A stretch of 64,000 nt of DNA, taken from the NCBI RefSeq assembly GCF_004765795.1, contig NZ_SBIV01000001.1, positions 62,001 to 126,000 on the forward strand, given 5' to 3'. Of this stretch, positions 29,024 through 38,065 are shown in pieces. The notes under the pieces are model-generated. The model saw only the letters and a list, made by a program, of their open reading frames with translations. It did not search any database and was not told the DNA's origin. The stretch comes from Halorussus marinus (GTDB lineage Archaea; Halobacteriota; Halobacteria; Halobacteriales; Haladaptataceae). The position numbers were made by a program, and so were the translations under genes. The number at the start of each line of letters is the position of its first letter. The first letter of the stretch is position 1.

Positions 29024-29302
29024 ATGTCCATAGCCGAAGAACGCATCGAGCGCCTCGCCGGCCTCGCTCGCGACGCCGCCGCCGAGTGTCGCGACGACCG
29101 CGCCCGGGAGTACGTCCGACTCGCCCGCCGACTCGCCGAGCGCAATCGCCTCTCGCTCCCCCGCGATTTCCAGCGGTTCGCCTGCGACGCCTGCGACGCC
29201 TACCTCCGCCCCGGGAAAAACGCCCGGGTCCGCCTCCAGGACGGCCACGTCGTCCTCACCTGCGACTGCGGGTCCCACGCCCGATACCCCTACGACTCCT
29301 GA
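29024..29302 (+). CDS. rnp4: Ribonuclease P protein component 4 (Rpp21)
   Basis: IAEERIERL, CDAC...CDCG zinc ligands, RYPY. Confidence 0.93.
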   Translation: MSIAEERIERLAGLARDAAAECRDDRAREYVRLARRLAERNRLSLPRDFQRFACDACDAYLRPGKNARVRLQDGHVVLTCDCGSHARYPYDS

Positions 29303-29373
29303 GTTCGCGCCGTCGCGTCGCGGTCGTCACCCGTTCCATGCCCTTTAAGCCGCTTCGTTTCCCAGAACGGGGT

Positions 29374-29619
29374 ATGACCGACGAGGACCTCCGTAAACAG
29401 GCCCACGACCTCGACGTGACCGTCTGGGTCGGCAAGGCCGGCATCGACTCGGTGACAGACGAACTCGCCGACCAACTCCAGGACCGCGAGCTCGTGAAAG
29501 TCAAGTTCCTCCGGGCGGCTCGGGGCGGCACGACGACCGACGACCTCGCCGAGGAGCTCGCGGACGCGGTGAACGCCGACCTGATCGAGACGCGCGGGAA
29601 CACCGCGACGCTCCACTGA
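29374..29619 (+). CDS. YhbY/CRM family RNA-binding protein
   Basis: LRKQAHDLDVTVWVGKAG...ELVKVKFL; TTTAAG about 30 nt upstream. Confidence 0.92.
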   Translation: MTDEDLRKQAHDLDVTVWVGKAGIDSVTDELADQLQDRELVKVKFLRAARGGTTTDDLAEELADAVNADLIETRGNTATLH

Positions 29620-30497
29620 TGGTCGAAGCCCTCCCGTTCCTCGAATCCGCGCTCGGAAGCTACGCGCTCGCGGTGACCCAAGCCCTCTACTTCGTCGTCT
29701 CGTTCGCCGCGATCTATCTGGCCGGCCGGCTGACGGTCGTGCCGCTGGTCGGGCGCTTTCTCGATCGGCGCGACCTCGACAGGCACGCACGGCGACCGCT
29801 GGTGAAGCTGACGAAGTTCGCCGTGGTGTTCGTCGCGGTCTCGGTGGCCTTCGGGTTCGCCGACTACGGCAACTTCCTCACCTCGCTGGCGACGATCGCG
29901 GCCGCGGCCACCCTCGCCATCGGCTTCGCGATGCAGGACGTCATCGCCAACTTCGTCGCGGGCGTGTTCATCTACACCGACGGGCCGTTCAAGATCGGCG
30001 ACTGGATCGAGTGGGACAACGGCAGTTACTCGGGGGTCGTCGAGGACATCGGCCTCCGGGTCACCCGGGTCCGGACCTTCGACAACGAACTGCTGACGGT
30101 GCCAAACTCCCAGCTCACAGACGGCGTGATCAAGAACCCGGTCGACGGCGAGCGCCTCCGGCTGAAGTTCCTGTTCGGGATCGGGTACGACGACGACATC
30201 GATCGTGCGACCGAGATCATCGTCGAGGAGGCACGATCTCACCCCGACATCTTGGACGACCCCGCGCCGTCGGTCCGACTGACCGAACTCGGCGACTCGT
30301 CGGTCGGCCTCCAGTCGCGCATCTGGATCGACGATCCGAGCCGGGCCGACTACGTCAAGACTCGCGGCGAGTACGTCACGAGCGTCAAAGAGCGGTTCGA
30401 CGAGGAGGGAATCGACATTCCGTACCCGAACCGCACACTCGAGGGCGGACTGGAGCTGACGAACGTCGAGGGACAGATCGAGCCCACCGACGACTAA
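29619..30497 (+). CDS. mscS: Small-conductance mechanosensitive channel
   Basis: AIGFAMQDVIANFVAG, PFKIGDWI, VPNS, GIDIPYP. Confidence 0.93.
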   Translation: MVEALPFLESALGSYALAVTQALYFVVSFAAIYLAGRLTVVPLVGRFLDRRDLDRHARRPLVKLTKFAVVFVAVSVAFGFADYGNFLTSLATIAAAATLAIGFAMQDVIANFVAGVFIYTDGPFKIGDWIEWDNGSYSGVVEDIGLRVTRVRTFDNELLTVPNSQLTDGVIKNPVDGERLRLKFLFGIGYDDDIDRATEIIVEEARSHPDILDDPAPSVRLTELGDSSVGLQSRIWIDDPSRADYVKTRGEYVTSVKERFDEEGIDIPYPNRTLEGGLELTNVEGQIEPTDD

Positions 30498-30499
30498 CA

Positions 30500-30636
30500 C
30501 AACCTTTTGCAGCGGTCGGCGCGTGAACGCGCCTCCCTTGGAAAACGTTGATGAAAAACCTGCGTCACCCTTTCAGTCGCTTCGCTCCTTCGGGGGTTCC
30601 TCGGTCCGCTCGCTCGGGCTTCGCCTTCGCTCGCGG
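30500..30636 (-). repeat. Structured dispersed repeat, copy C (inverted relative to A and B)
   Basis: Reverse strand reads CCGCGAGCGAA...GGAGCGAAGCG...TTTTTCATCAACGTTTTCCAAG-hairpin-AAAAGGTTG. Confidence 0.85.
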
Positions 30637-30735
30637 CGGATGACCGTGTACGACGGAGAAGGGACGAGCCAAGCGAGAGTAGGATGCGTCTCGGCTGGTG
30701 TCGCGTTCCGTTGCGGTAGAGTACGAGTCGCTGTA

Positions 30736-30877
30736 CCGCGAGCGAACGCAGTGAGCGAGCGGACAAAGCGACGACCGGAGCGAAGCGGAGGGAGGAGCGC
30801 CGTGTTTTTCATCAACGTTTTCCAAGCGAGGGAGTGACGAGCCGACGGCTCGCCCTCCCGAGCGCAGTAAAAGGTTG
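30736..30877 (+). repeat. Structured dispersed repeat, copy B
   Basis: CCGCGAGCGAA...GGAGCGAAGCG...TTTTTCATCAACGTTTTCCAAG-hairpin-AAAAGGTTG. Confidence 0.85.
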
Positions 30878-30884
30878 TATGAAT

Positions 30885-31193
30885 AGGTGGACGGCCGGCG
30901 TTGCCCGGCGTTCCGCGTCGGGGAGTCCCGGTCGCGTCCTCCACCCCGCAACCCTGCGAGCGATAGCTGTCCAGTGGTCCGGTGCTCACTTCCGTGCCTG
31001 ACGGATTGCCACCGGCTAACCTCGACTGCGACGCTCCTGCGAGCGTCCGCCGAGGACCGCTATCCCCGCAGGACGAGGCTTCGAAGTCGGCTTCCGGGGC
31101 CCGGCGCGGTCTGACCGGACGCCTCCGGGGTTCGGCCCCCGCTAAAGACCATAGTGCGGGTGGAGAGCAGGGCCTAACTGCCCGACCTAGTCC
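30885..31193 (-). ncRNA. ffs: Archaeal signal recognition particle (7S) RNA
   Basis: 5' GGACTAGG, helix 8 CCGTCAGGCAC-GGAA-GTGAGCA, about 310 nt; 3' end approximate. Confidence 0.92.
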
Positions 31194-31215
31194 ATCTCGG
31201 AGTAGTCGCCCCGGA

Positions 31216-31230
31216 CTTAAGGACCTTTCG
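31216..31230 (-). promoter_or_regulatory. BRE/TATA promoter of the SRP RNA
   Basis: CGAAAGGTCCTTAAG on the minus strand, TATA box 23-28 nt upstream of 31193. Confidence 0.7.
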
Positions 31231-31234
31231 CAAA

Positions 31235-31690
31235 TCAGACGAGGGCGACGCCACCGACGACCGCAATGAACCCCGCGACCCCGACGAGCGCGTCCGGAAG
31301 GGCGCCCGCTCGGCGGTGGCGTCCCGAACAGGTCCCGGTTGTCGCCACCACGAGGACAGCGGCGACCCCCACCTTCGCGGCGAGCAGGCCTCGGAGCCCG
31401 ACCGCCGCGATGGCGGGCGGGAGGAACGCGAGCGCGTCCCGTCCGCTCGCGGTCGCGGCGAGGATCGCGGTCACGTCGGCGACCAGCAGACCGACGAGCG
31501 CCCCGACCGCGAGCGCCGATAGCGACGAGAGCCACGGCCACCCGTCGTCGCGGACGACGTACTCGCGGTCCGCCTCCGAGAGGAACTCCTCGTCGCGGAG
31601 CACCCAGGGCTCGCCGGACGCCGTCTCGCGGTCGCCGAGCGCGTCCGGGCCGGGGGCGTCGGCGGGGTCGGTCGCGTCGTTTCGTCTCAC
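31235..31690 (-). CDS. Hypothetical membrane protein
   Basis: Acidic N-terminus then three hydrophobic segments; start uncertain. Confidence 0.55.
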   Translation of the reverse strand: MRRNDATDPADAPGPDALGDRETASGEPWVLRDEEFLSEADREYVVRDDGWPWLSSLSALAVGALVGLLVADVTAILAATASGRDALAFLPPAIAAVGLRGLLAAKVGVAAVLVVATTGTCSGRHRRAGALPDALVGVAGFIAVVGGVALV

Positions 31691-31752
31691 GCCGCCATCT
31701 CCGGCCGCCCGGGGCTTTGTTATGGGGCGGCTGTCGTCGGCGTAACCGTCGG

Positions 31753-32172
31753 TTACACCACTTGGCCGGCGTACCAGCCGGCGCTTCCCGCGACCGCGAG
31801 CGCGGCGCCGAACAGGGCCCACCGGTGGTAGTCAAAGGCGGCGTCGGTCGGGAAGCTTCCGACCACGTCGCCGGCGGCGATCGCCCACCACAGCGAGAGG
31901 ACGGCCATGAAGCCCCCGAGCACGACCGCCACACCCGCGGCGGTCTGCGGGTCCGTGCGGTCGTTCCGGCCGGCGGCGAAGACGATGACCGCCACGGCGG
32001 CGAACAGTCCGACGACGAGGTGGATCGGCACCGGGACCGGGACGCCGTAGTAGACGCTCGCCTCGGACGGCGAGATGAGGAAGTACGGTGCGACCACGGC
32101 CGCGAGGACCGCAAGCGCGGCGAGGACGCCCGCGGTCGGCGCGGCCGTCTCGGGGGAGCGTTCGCTCGACAT
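31753..32172 (-). CDS. Four-TM hypothetical membrane protein
   Basis: ATG at 32172 with TTTTAA about 25 nt upstream; AGRNDRTDP and YHRW motifs. Confidence 0.8.
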   Translation of the reverse strand: MSSERSPETAAPTAGVLAALAVLAAVVAPYFLISPSEASVYYGVPVPVPIHLVVGLFAAVAVIVFAAGRNDRTDPQTAAGVAVVLGGFMAVLSLWWAIAAGDVVGSFPTDAAFDYHRWALFGAALAVAGSAGWYAGQVV

Positions 32173-32252
32173 ACCCGGGAGTTCCGGCCGGCTCTTAAAA
32201 AGGCCGGCGGTCGAGTCGGAAAAGTCACGTATCGCCGAACGCACTGTAGGGT

Positions 32253-32564
32253 ATGGGATTCGGAAGCACGGCCAAGAAGGTCCAGAAGCTCGCCGACACC
32301 GCAGAGAAGCTGTACAGCAAGCTCAACGAGCTCCGCGAGCAGGTCGTCGAGATGCGCGAGTCGGTCGACGCCACGACCGAGCGCGTCGAGACCCTCGAAC
32401 GCGAGATGGCCGAACAGCGCGCGCTCCTCGATGCCATCGCCCGACAGCAGGGCGTCGACGTCGACGACGTCGACGTCGAGTATCCGGCCGACACGACCGA
32501 AACGGACACAACTGGGGCCGGCGGAGCCGACGAGTCGGACGCGGCCGACGCCGCCGACGCATAA
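32253..32564 (+). CDS. Small coiled-coil protein (DUF5798-like)
   Basis: MGFGSTAKKVQKLADTAEKLY N-terminus. Confidence 0.85.
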   Translation: MGFGSTAKKVQKLADTAEKLYSKLNELREQVVEMRESVDATTERVETLEREMAEQRALLDAIARQQGVDVDDVDVEYPADTTETDTTGAGGADESDAADAADA

Positions 32565-32600
32565 AAAGCGTTAACAGCGACAGCAACTTTTGGCCAGACG

Positions 32601-33581
32601 ATGACGGACTACCGCACGCCGCTGGACTCCGTGCTGGAGACGGTCGGCGAGACGCCGCTGGTTCGCGTGCAGGCCGCACCGCCGGAGGTGCCGGTGTACG
32701 CCAAGCTCGAATCGTTCAACCCGGGCGCGAGCATCAAAGACCGCATCGGCAAGTACATGGTCGAAACGATGCTCGACCGCGGCGAGTTAGAGCCCGGCGG
32801 GACGGTCATCGAGCCGACCGCGGGCAACACCGGCATCGGGTTCGCCGTCGCGGCGGGCCAGCTCGACGTGGACGCGGTGTTCGTCGTTCCCGAGCGGTTC
32901 AGCGTCGAGAAACAGCAGTTGATGGCGGCGCTCGGCGCCGAAGTCATCAACACGCCCACCGACGAGGGGATGGGCGGGGCGATCGAGCGCGCTCACGAAC
33001 TCGCCGCCGAGTTGGACGATGCGGTGGTCCCCCAGCAGTTCTCGAACCCCCTGAACGTCGAGGCCCACTACGAGACCACCGGCCCGGAGATCTTCGAGGC
33101 GCTGGACGGCGAGGTCGGCGCGGTGGTCGCGGGGTGTGGAACCGCGGGCACCCTGATGGGGATCGCCGAATACGCCCTCGAACAGGACCCGGACGTCCAC
33201 GTCACCGCGGTCGAGCCCGAGGGGTCGCTGTACGCCGAGACGAAGGGCGAGGACCCCGAGGAGGCCGACTACAAGATCGAGGGCATCGGGACCCACGATC
33301 CCGCGACCAACGAGCTGTTCGATCCCGACCTCGTCGACGAGGTGGTTCAGGTCCCCGACCGGCGGGCCCACGAGGAACTGCGCCGGCTCGCCCGCGAGGA
33401 GGGCCAACTGGTCGCCTCCAGCGCGGGGGCGGCCAGCGCCGCGGCGCTCCACGTCGCCGAGCGGATCAGAGACGGCGAGATCGACGCGCCCCACGACAGC
33501 GTCGCGACGGTGTTCGCCGACTCCAGCGAGCGCTACCTCTCGAAGGGCATCTACCGGTCGTTCGAGGAGTGGGACGGGTAG
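32601..33581 (+). CDS. PLP-dependent cysteine synthase / cystathionine beta-synthase family
   Basis: KLESFNPGASIKDR, EPTAGNTG, GCGTAGT, IEGIG. Confidence 0.93.
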   Translation: MTDYRTPLDSVLETVGETPLVRVQAAPPEVPVYAKLESFNPGASIKDRIGKYMVETMLDRGELEPGGTVIEPTAGNTGIGFAVAAGQLDVDAVFVVPERFSVEKQQLMAALGAEVINTPTDEGMGGAIERAHELAAELDDAVVPQQFSNPLNVEAHYETTGPEIFEALDGEVGAVVAGCGTAGTLMGIAEYALEQDPDVHVTAVEPEGSLYAETKGEDPEEADYKIEGIGTHDPATNELFDPDLVDEVVQVPDRRAHEELRRLAREEGQLVASSAGAASAAALHVAERIRDGEIDAPHDSVATVFADSSERYLSKGIYRSFEEWDG

Positions 33582-33658
33582 GGGCGGCGACCCCGGTCGA
33601 TCGCCGGGGCGACGCGGCCGGCGCGCCATTTTTCGGTCCCGAGCGGCTACGCTCGCGT

Positions 33659-33823
33659 ATGTCGCTGTCGACCTACCGGTGTCCCTGCGGGGCGACCCTC
33701 CGGTTCAGACAGGACCTCGCCAAAGAGCAGGCGACGACCCGCCCGCGGTGGAAGTGCGGGGACTGCGGGACGCCGGTGCCCGGACAGACCGCCGAGAAGC
33801 TCCGCCATCAGCACCCGAGCTGA
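33659..33823 (+). CDS. Small zinc-finger protein (54 aa)
   Basis: YRCPCG...WKCGDCGTPV. Confidence 0.75.
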   Translation: MSLSTYRCPCGATLRFRQDLAKEQATTRPRWKCGDCGTPVPGQTAEKLRHQHPS

Positions 33824-33827
33824 GCCG

Positions 33828-34487
33828 TCACGTCCACGGCGGCGTCCGGAGTTCGCCCATCGAGTTGATGGTGTGTTCGGAGGTGACCGCGACGGGTTCG
33901 TCGGCCGTCGAGAGCCACACCGCCTCGACGCCCGCGGCCTGAGCGCCGGCCACGTCCGAGCGCAGGGAGTTGCCGACGTGGACCGCCTCGGACGCCGAGA
34001 CCCCCATCGTCGCCAGCGTCCGGTCGAACGGGTCGGGGTCGGGCTTGACCGGGCGGCCGGGCTCGGCGAACGTGGTCGCCTCGAAGCGGTCGGCGATCCC
34101 GAGCGCCGCCAGCTTCGCGGTCTGGGTCTCGCGGCCGCCGTTTGTCACCAGCGCGAGGTCGTAGTTCGCCCCGAGCGCGCCGAGGGCCGCCTCGGCGCCC
34201 GGGAGGAATCCGACGGCCTCGGGATCGGGGTCCTCGTAGGCGCGGGCCACCGCGAGCGCGTCCGCCCGGTCGCGACCCAGTTCGTCGGCGATCCCTCCGA
34301 AGCACCGCTCGCGGAGTTCGAGTTCCGTCTCGGCGGTCACCCGCGCGAGCCACGGGCGGACGTCAGCGACGTCGAAAAACGGCTCGACGCCGGCCCGCCC
34401 GAAGGCGTCGGCGAGTCGGGCCTCGGGCGACCCGGGATGCGCACAGATGGTGTCGTCGAGATCGAGGAGGACCGTAGAGACGCTCAT
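33828..34487 (-). CDS. HAD superfamily hydrolase
   Basis: LDLDDT, VTNG, KPDP, HVGNSLRSDV. Confidence 0.92.
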   Translation of the reverse strand: MSVSTVLLDLDDTICAHPGSPEARLADAFGRAGVEPFFDVADVRPWLARVTAETELELRERCFGGIADELGRDRADALAVARAYEDPDPEAVGFLPGAEAALGALGANYDLALVTNGGRETQTAKLAALGIADRFEATTFAEPGRPVKPDPDPFDRTLATMGVSASEAVHVGNSLRSDVAGAQAAGVEAVWLSTADEPVAVTSEHTINSMGELRTPPWT

Positions 34488-34524
34488 CGAGTTCCCTACG
34501 CGCCCGACGGCTAAAAGCGCCCGG

Positions 34525-34935
34525 TCACCCGACCAGTCGGCCGTGTTCGACCTTGAGACACCGGTCCTGTACGACGCGCTTGCCGGCGGCCTCCGCGCGC
34601 TCGGCCGCCTCGTCGTCGGCGATGCCGAGCTGGGTCCAGATCACCCTCACGTCGTCGCGTTCGAGCGCCTCGTCGACGATGTCCGCGACCTCCTCGCTCG
34701 GCCGGAACACGTCCACGATGTCCACCCGCTCGTCGACGTCCGACAGCGAGTCGTAGGCCTCCCGCCCGAAGATCTCGTCGGCGTGGGGGTTGATCGGGAT
34801 CACCTTGTAGCCGTGCTCGCGCAGGTACTTCGGGATCTCGTGGGCGTCTTTGCCCGGCGTGGACGAACAGCCGACGACCGCGATCGTCTCCAGCCCGAGA
34901 ATTTCGCGGAGTTCGGGGTCGCTCTCGACTGGCAT
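34525..34935 (-). CDS. CoA-binding protein (YccU-like)
   Basis: IAVVGCS, IPINP, VDVFRP, WTQLG, QDRC. Confidence 0.92.
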   Translation of the reverse strand: MPVESDPELREILGLETIAVVGCSSTPGKDAHEIPKYLREHGYKVIPINPHADEIFGREAYDSLSDVDERVDIVDVFRPSEEVADIVDEALERDDVRVIWTQLGIADDEAAERAEAAGKRVVQDRCLKVEHGRLVG

Positions 34936-35054
34936 GCGACCGCAACGACGGAGCGTGCGGCCAAAAGCGTGTGGGTCGCCGAGAACGCCGCCGCGGTCGG
35001 CGACGCGCCCGGCCCCGCCAAGCTATTACTACCCGCGTTTCCTCGGTAGTGACT

Positions 35055-36023
35055 GTGTCACACGAGATCGTCATCAGCGACGACAAGACGCTCGACGAAC
35101 CCACCAAAGACGAGGTGCTCGCCGACGTCGACGCCTCGCTGTCGGTGCTCGACGAGAAGACCGTCGATGGGGTGATCGCGGCCGTCGCCGACGCCGACGG
35201 GCTGATCGCGGACGCGGCGACCCCGGTCCCCGGGGACGTGTTCGCCGAGAGCGACCTGACCGTGGTCGGGCGCGCCGGCATCGGCGTCGACAACATCGAC
35301 GTCGAGGCCGCGGCCGACCACGGGGTCACGGCGATCCACGTCCCGGACTACTGCGTCGACGAGGTCTCGACCCACGCGCTGGCGCTGTTGCTCGGGGTGG
35401 CCCGAAACGTCCAGACCTACGACCGAGACACCCGCGACGGCGGCTGGGACTGGCAGGCGGGCCGGCCGATCCACCGCCTTCGGGGCCGGACCCTCGGGCT
35501 GGTCGGCTTCGGCAAGATCCCCCGGCGACTCGCTCGGAAAGTCGACGGGTTCGGCCTCGACGTGATCGCCACAGACCCCAACGTCACCGAGACCCAGATG
35601 GCCCACTTCGGGGTCGAACGCGTCCGGTTCGACGAACTGCTCGACCGATCCCACTTCGTCTCGGTCCACGCCCCGCTGTACGAGGCGACCCGGGGGTTGT
35701 TCGACCGGGCGGCGTTCGACGCGATGCGCGAGGACGCCCTACTTGTCAACACCGCCCGCGGCGCGGTCGTCGACGAGGCGGCGCTGGCCGACGCGGTCGC
35801 CGACGGCGACATCGCGGGCGCGGCCCTCGACGTGATGGCCGAGGAGCCGCCGGGCGACTCGCGGCTGTTCGATCTCGATCGGGTCGTCGTGACTCCACAC
35901 ACCGCGTGGTACTCCGAGGAGTCCAGACACGAACTGAGCCGTCGGGTCGCCGAGGACGTCGCGCGCGTGCTGGAAGGCGAGCCGCCCCGTTCGCCGGTCG
36001 ATCCCGGCCTCGAGTGGGTGTGA
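35055..36023 (+). CDS. D-isomer-specific 2-hydroxyacid dehydrogenase (CtBP-like)
   Basis: GIGVDNID, GLVGFGKI, NTARG, TPHTAWYSEES; GTG start at 35049 or 35055. Confidence 0.92.
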   Translation: MSHEIVISDDKTLDEPTKDEVLADVDASLSVLDEKTVDGVIAAVADADGLIADAATPVPGDVFAESDLTVVGRAGIGVDNIDVEAAADHGVTAIHVPDYCVDEVSTHALALLLGVARNVQTYDRDTRDGGWDWQAGRPIHRLRGRTLGLVGFGKIPRRLARKVDGFGLDVIATDPNVTETQMAHFGVERVRFDELLDRSHFVSVHAPLYEATRGLFDRAAFDAMREDALLVNTARGAVVDEAALADAVADGDIAGAALDVMAEEPPGDSRLFDLDRVVVTPHTAWYSEESRHELSRRVAEDVARVLEGEPPRSPVDPGLEWV

Positions 36024-36044
36024 GCGCCCGGCGACCCCGCGACC

Positions 36045-36698
36045 CTACTCCGGGACGGGTCGCCAGTCGGTCTCGCGGCCGATGCCAGACAGTTTGAGCT
36101 CCGACTCGCCGTCGTCGTCGGTCCGGACGGTTATCTTGCCGTCGAACAGTTGCTGGAGCGTGCTCATCGTCTGCTGGTCGTGGGCGGTCGAGTCGATGAC
36201 GAACACGCCGAGCGCGTCGGCGCTCTGGACCCGTCCGGTGAACACATGGAGAAATCGAAACACGGTCTGGAGGTTCGAGTACATCAGGAGGGTCGACAGC
36301 GAGTGGAGCATGATTCGGTTTCGCTTGACCCCTCGCTCGGAGTAAAACGACTGGAGGAACTCCGAGAGCTGGATCCCGATCCCGGTCATGTCGACCGGCG
36401 AGGAGGTGTAGGCGATCTCCTCGGACGGGGTCGGGTTCGTCCCCTGCTGTTTGGAGACGCAGTCGACGATCCCGATCGGTCCACCCTCCTCGCGGCCGAG
36501 TAACTCGCGGAGGGACGCGCGTATGTCCTCGCCGTCGTCTTTCGTGGTGACGACGATCGACCCGTCGCCCCGACGGCTACCGTATGCGAGAACCTCCAGA
36601 GCGAGCCGTCGTTTACCCGTCATCGGGGGGCCGGCGACCAGGAGATTCGTCCCCGGATCGACCTCGACCTCCGGACAGGCGTCACCCAGTTCGTACAT
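36045..36698 (-). CDS. RAD55/KaiC-like RecA-superfamily protein
   Basis: NLLVAGPPMTGKR, SLSTLLMY...VFRFLH. Confidence 0.85.
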   Translation of the reverse strand: MYELGDACPEVEVDPGTNLLVAGPPMTGKRRLALEVLAYGSRRGDGSIVVTTKDDGEDIRASLRELLGREEGGPIGIVDCVSKQQGTNPTPSEEIAYTSSPVDMTGIGIQLSEFLQSFYSERGVKRNRIMLHSLSTLLMYSNLQTVFRFLHVFTGRVQSADALGVFVIDSTAHDQQTMSTLQQLFDGKITVRTDDDGESELKLSGIGRETDWRPVPE

Positions 36699-36794
36699 GG
36701 CGGTTTCTCGTGGCCGAAACGCCGGGAGCGCCGCGGCGGCGTCCCCGATAGTGCCTGCCAATAAGATACTGTGTTCCGCTTATATTCTTTTTGA

Positions 36795-37946
36795 TTAGTT
36801 GGCCGGGTCGCCGGGTCGCGTCGACAGCGACCCGATCCGGTCGAGCGACTGCTGGCGGATGTACTCGATCGCGATCCGGGTCAGGTGGTCGTCGGGGTCG
36901 GCGCAGGCATCGGCCCTGTCGAGGTATGCCTCGACGATCGCCCGGACCCGCTCGACCCCCGACTCGGCGTCGTCGGCGAGGTTGAGTTCGGCAGTCACGG
37001 GCGTGAGCTGGGTCCCCCTGTCCTCGGGGTAGTCGTCGGTGTCGTCGAGGCCGATCTGGGCGCCGATCACCATCAACACGACGGCGCGCTTGAACCCCTC
37101 GCCCAGCGCCGTCCCGAGGTCGGCCTCGTACATGTTGAGCATGTCCTCGTAGAGGATGCCCACCCGCGCGTACTGGGTCGCGAAGTACGGCAGGTCGGCG
37201 TCGGCCTCGAACAGATCGCCGTCCGCCAGTTCGGCGTCGCGGTAACGCTCCCGGATAGCGTCGCCGGCCGCCGCCCGGGCGTCGGGACCGTCGGCCGACA
37301 GATAGTCGTCGAGCAGCGAACGGAAGGCGTCGTCCTCGTCCTGGTGGCGTTCGGAGAGTTCGACGGCGTGGTCGTAAGACGACCGGACCGCCTCGGGGGT
37401 GTCCGAACGGTCCAGCCACCGTTCGACGCCGGCTTCGAGGTGCCGTTGGGCGACCTCGGCGACCGTCTCGGTCGGCCGGAGGTTCGACTCGAAGTCCTCG
37501 TACTCGTCGTCGTTGATCGCATCGCGCATGTCGCCGTCGAGCAGGGCCCGGACCACGTTTCGCGTCGTCTCGCGGCCGCGCGCGACGAAGTCGCGGTCCA
37601 CGTCCCTGACGAGTCGCGCGACCGGGAGGTCGCCGGCGGCGGTGTGGATTCGCCCGAGGGTGAGGAGTGCGGGCAGGACCAGTCTGGTGTCGTAGTCGAA
37701 CCGGGCGGACTCGCCCGCCGCGCCGGGGACGGGCTCGAGTTCGCCCGCCTCGCGCGCCCGATCGAGCGCGCGCTCGACGCCCAGAAACAGTTCCTCGGTC
37801 ATCGACTCGATCTCCGACTCGACCTCGCTGCGGAGCAACACGACCGAGGCCACCCGCGGGTCGGGCGACTCCGCGAGGTGGTTCGCCAGCGCCCGCGCCA
37901 CCGCCGGGACCCGTCGCCCGACGGTCTCGACCAAACCCTGTGTCAC
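36795..37946 (-). CDS. Helical hypothetical protein with Asp-rich motifs (possible isoprenoid-synthase fold)
   Basis: QIGLDDTDDYPED and DAINDDEYED; divergent from a GGGP-synthase paralog. Confidence 0.7.
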   Translation of the reverse strand: MTQGLVETVGRRVPAVARALANHLAESPDPRVASVVLLRSEVESEIESMTEELFLGVERALDRAREAGELEPVPGAAGESARFDYDTRLVLPALLTLGRIHTAAGDLPVARLVRDVDRDFVARGRETTRNVVRALLDGDMRDAINDDEYEDFESNLRPTETVAEVAQRHLEAGVERWLDRSDTPEAVRSSYDHAVELSERHQDEDDAFRSLLDDYLSADGPDARAAAGDAIRERYRDAELADGDLFEADADLPYFATQYARVGILYEDMLNMYEADLGTALGEGFKRAVVLMVIGAQIGLDDTDDYPEDRGTQLTPVTAELNLADDAESGVERVRAIVEAYLDRADACADPDDHLTRIAIEYIRQQSLDRIGSLSTRPGDPAN

Positions 37947-38065
37947 GTCCGTGAGTCGCTCGCGCCGTCACATGAGTATTGTGGAACGCCGGTCGCGAGC
38001 CCAGCGTCACGCGGAGCCGATCGGGGAGCGAGCGACTTATGTGGGTCAAGCGACCCCTCGGAGGT

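Noticed and set aside
30885..31193. RNase P RNA or novel ncRNA, given the proximity to rnp4
   Set aside because: It has the SRP 5' end and helix-8 GGAA motif and lacks the RNase P GAGGAAAGTCC signature
30523..31269. Short ORFs between mscS and the SRP RNA promoter
   Set aside because: They overlap the structured repeats and the SRP RNA and lack the acidic composition of real host proteins
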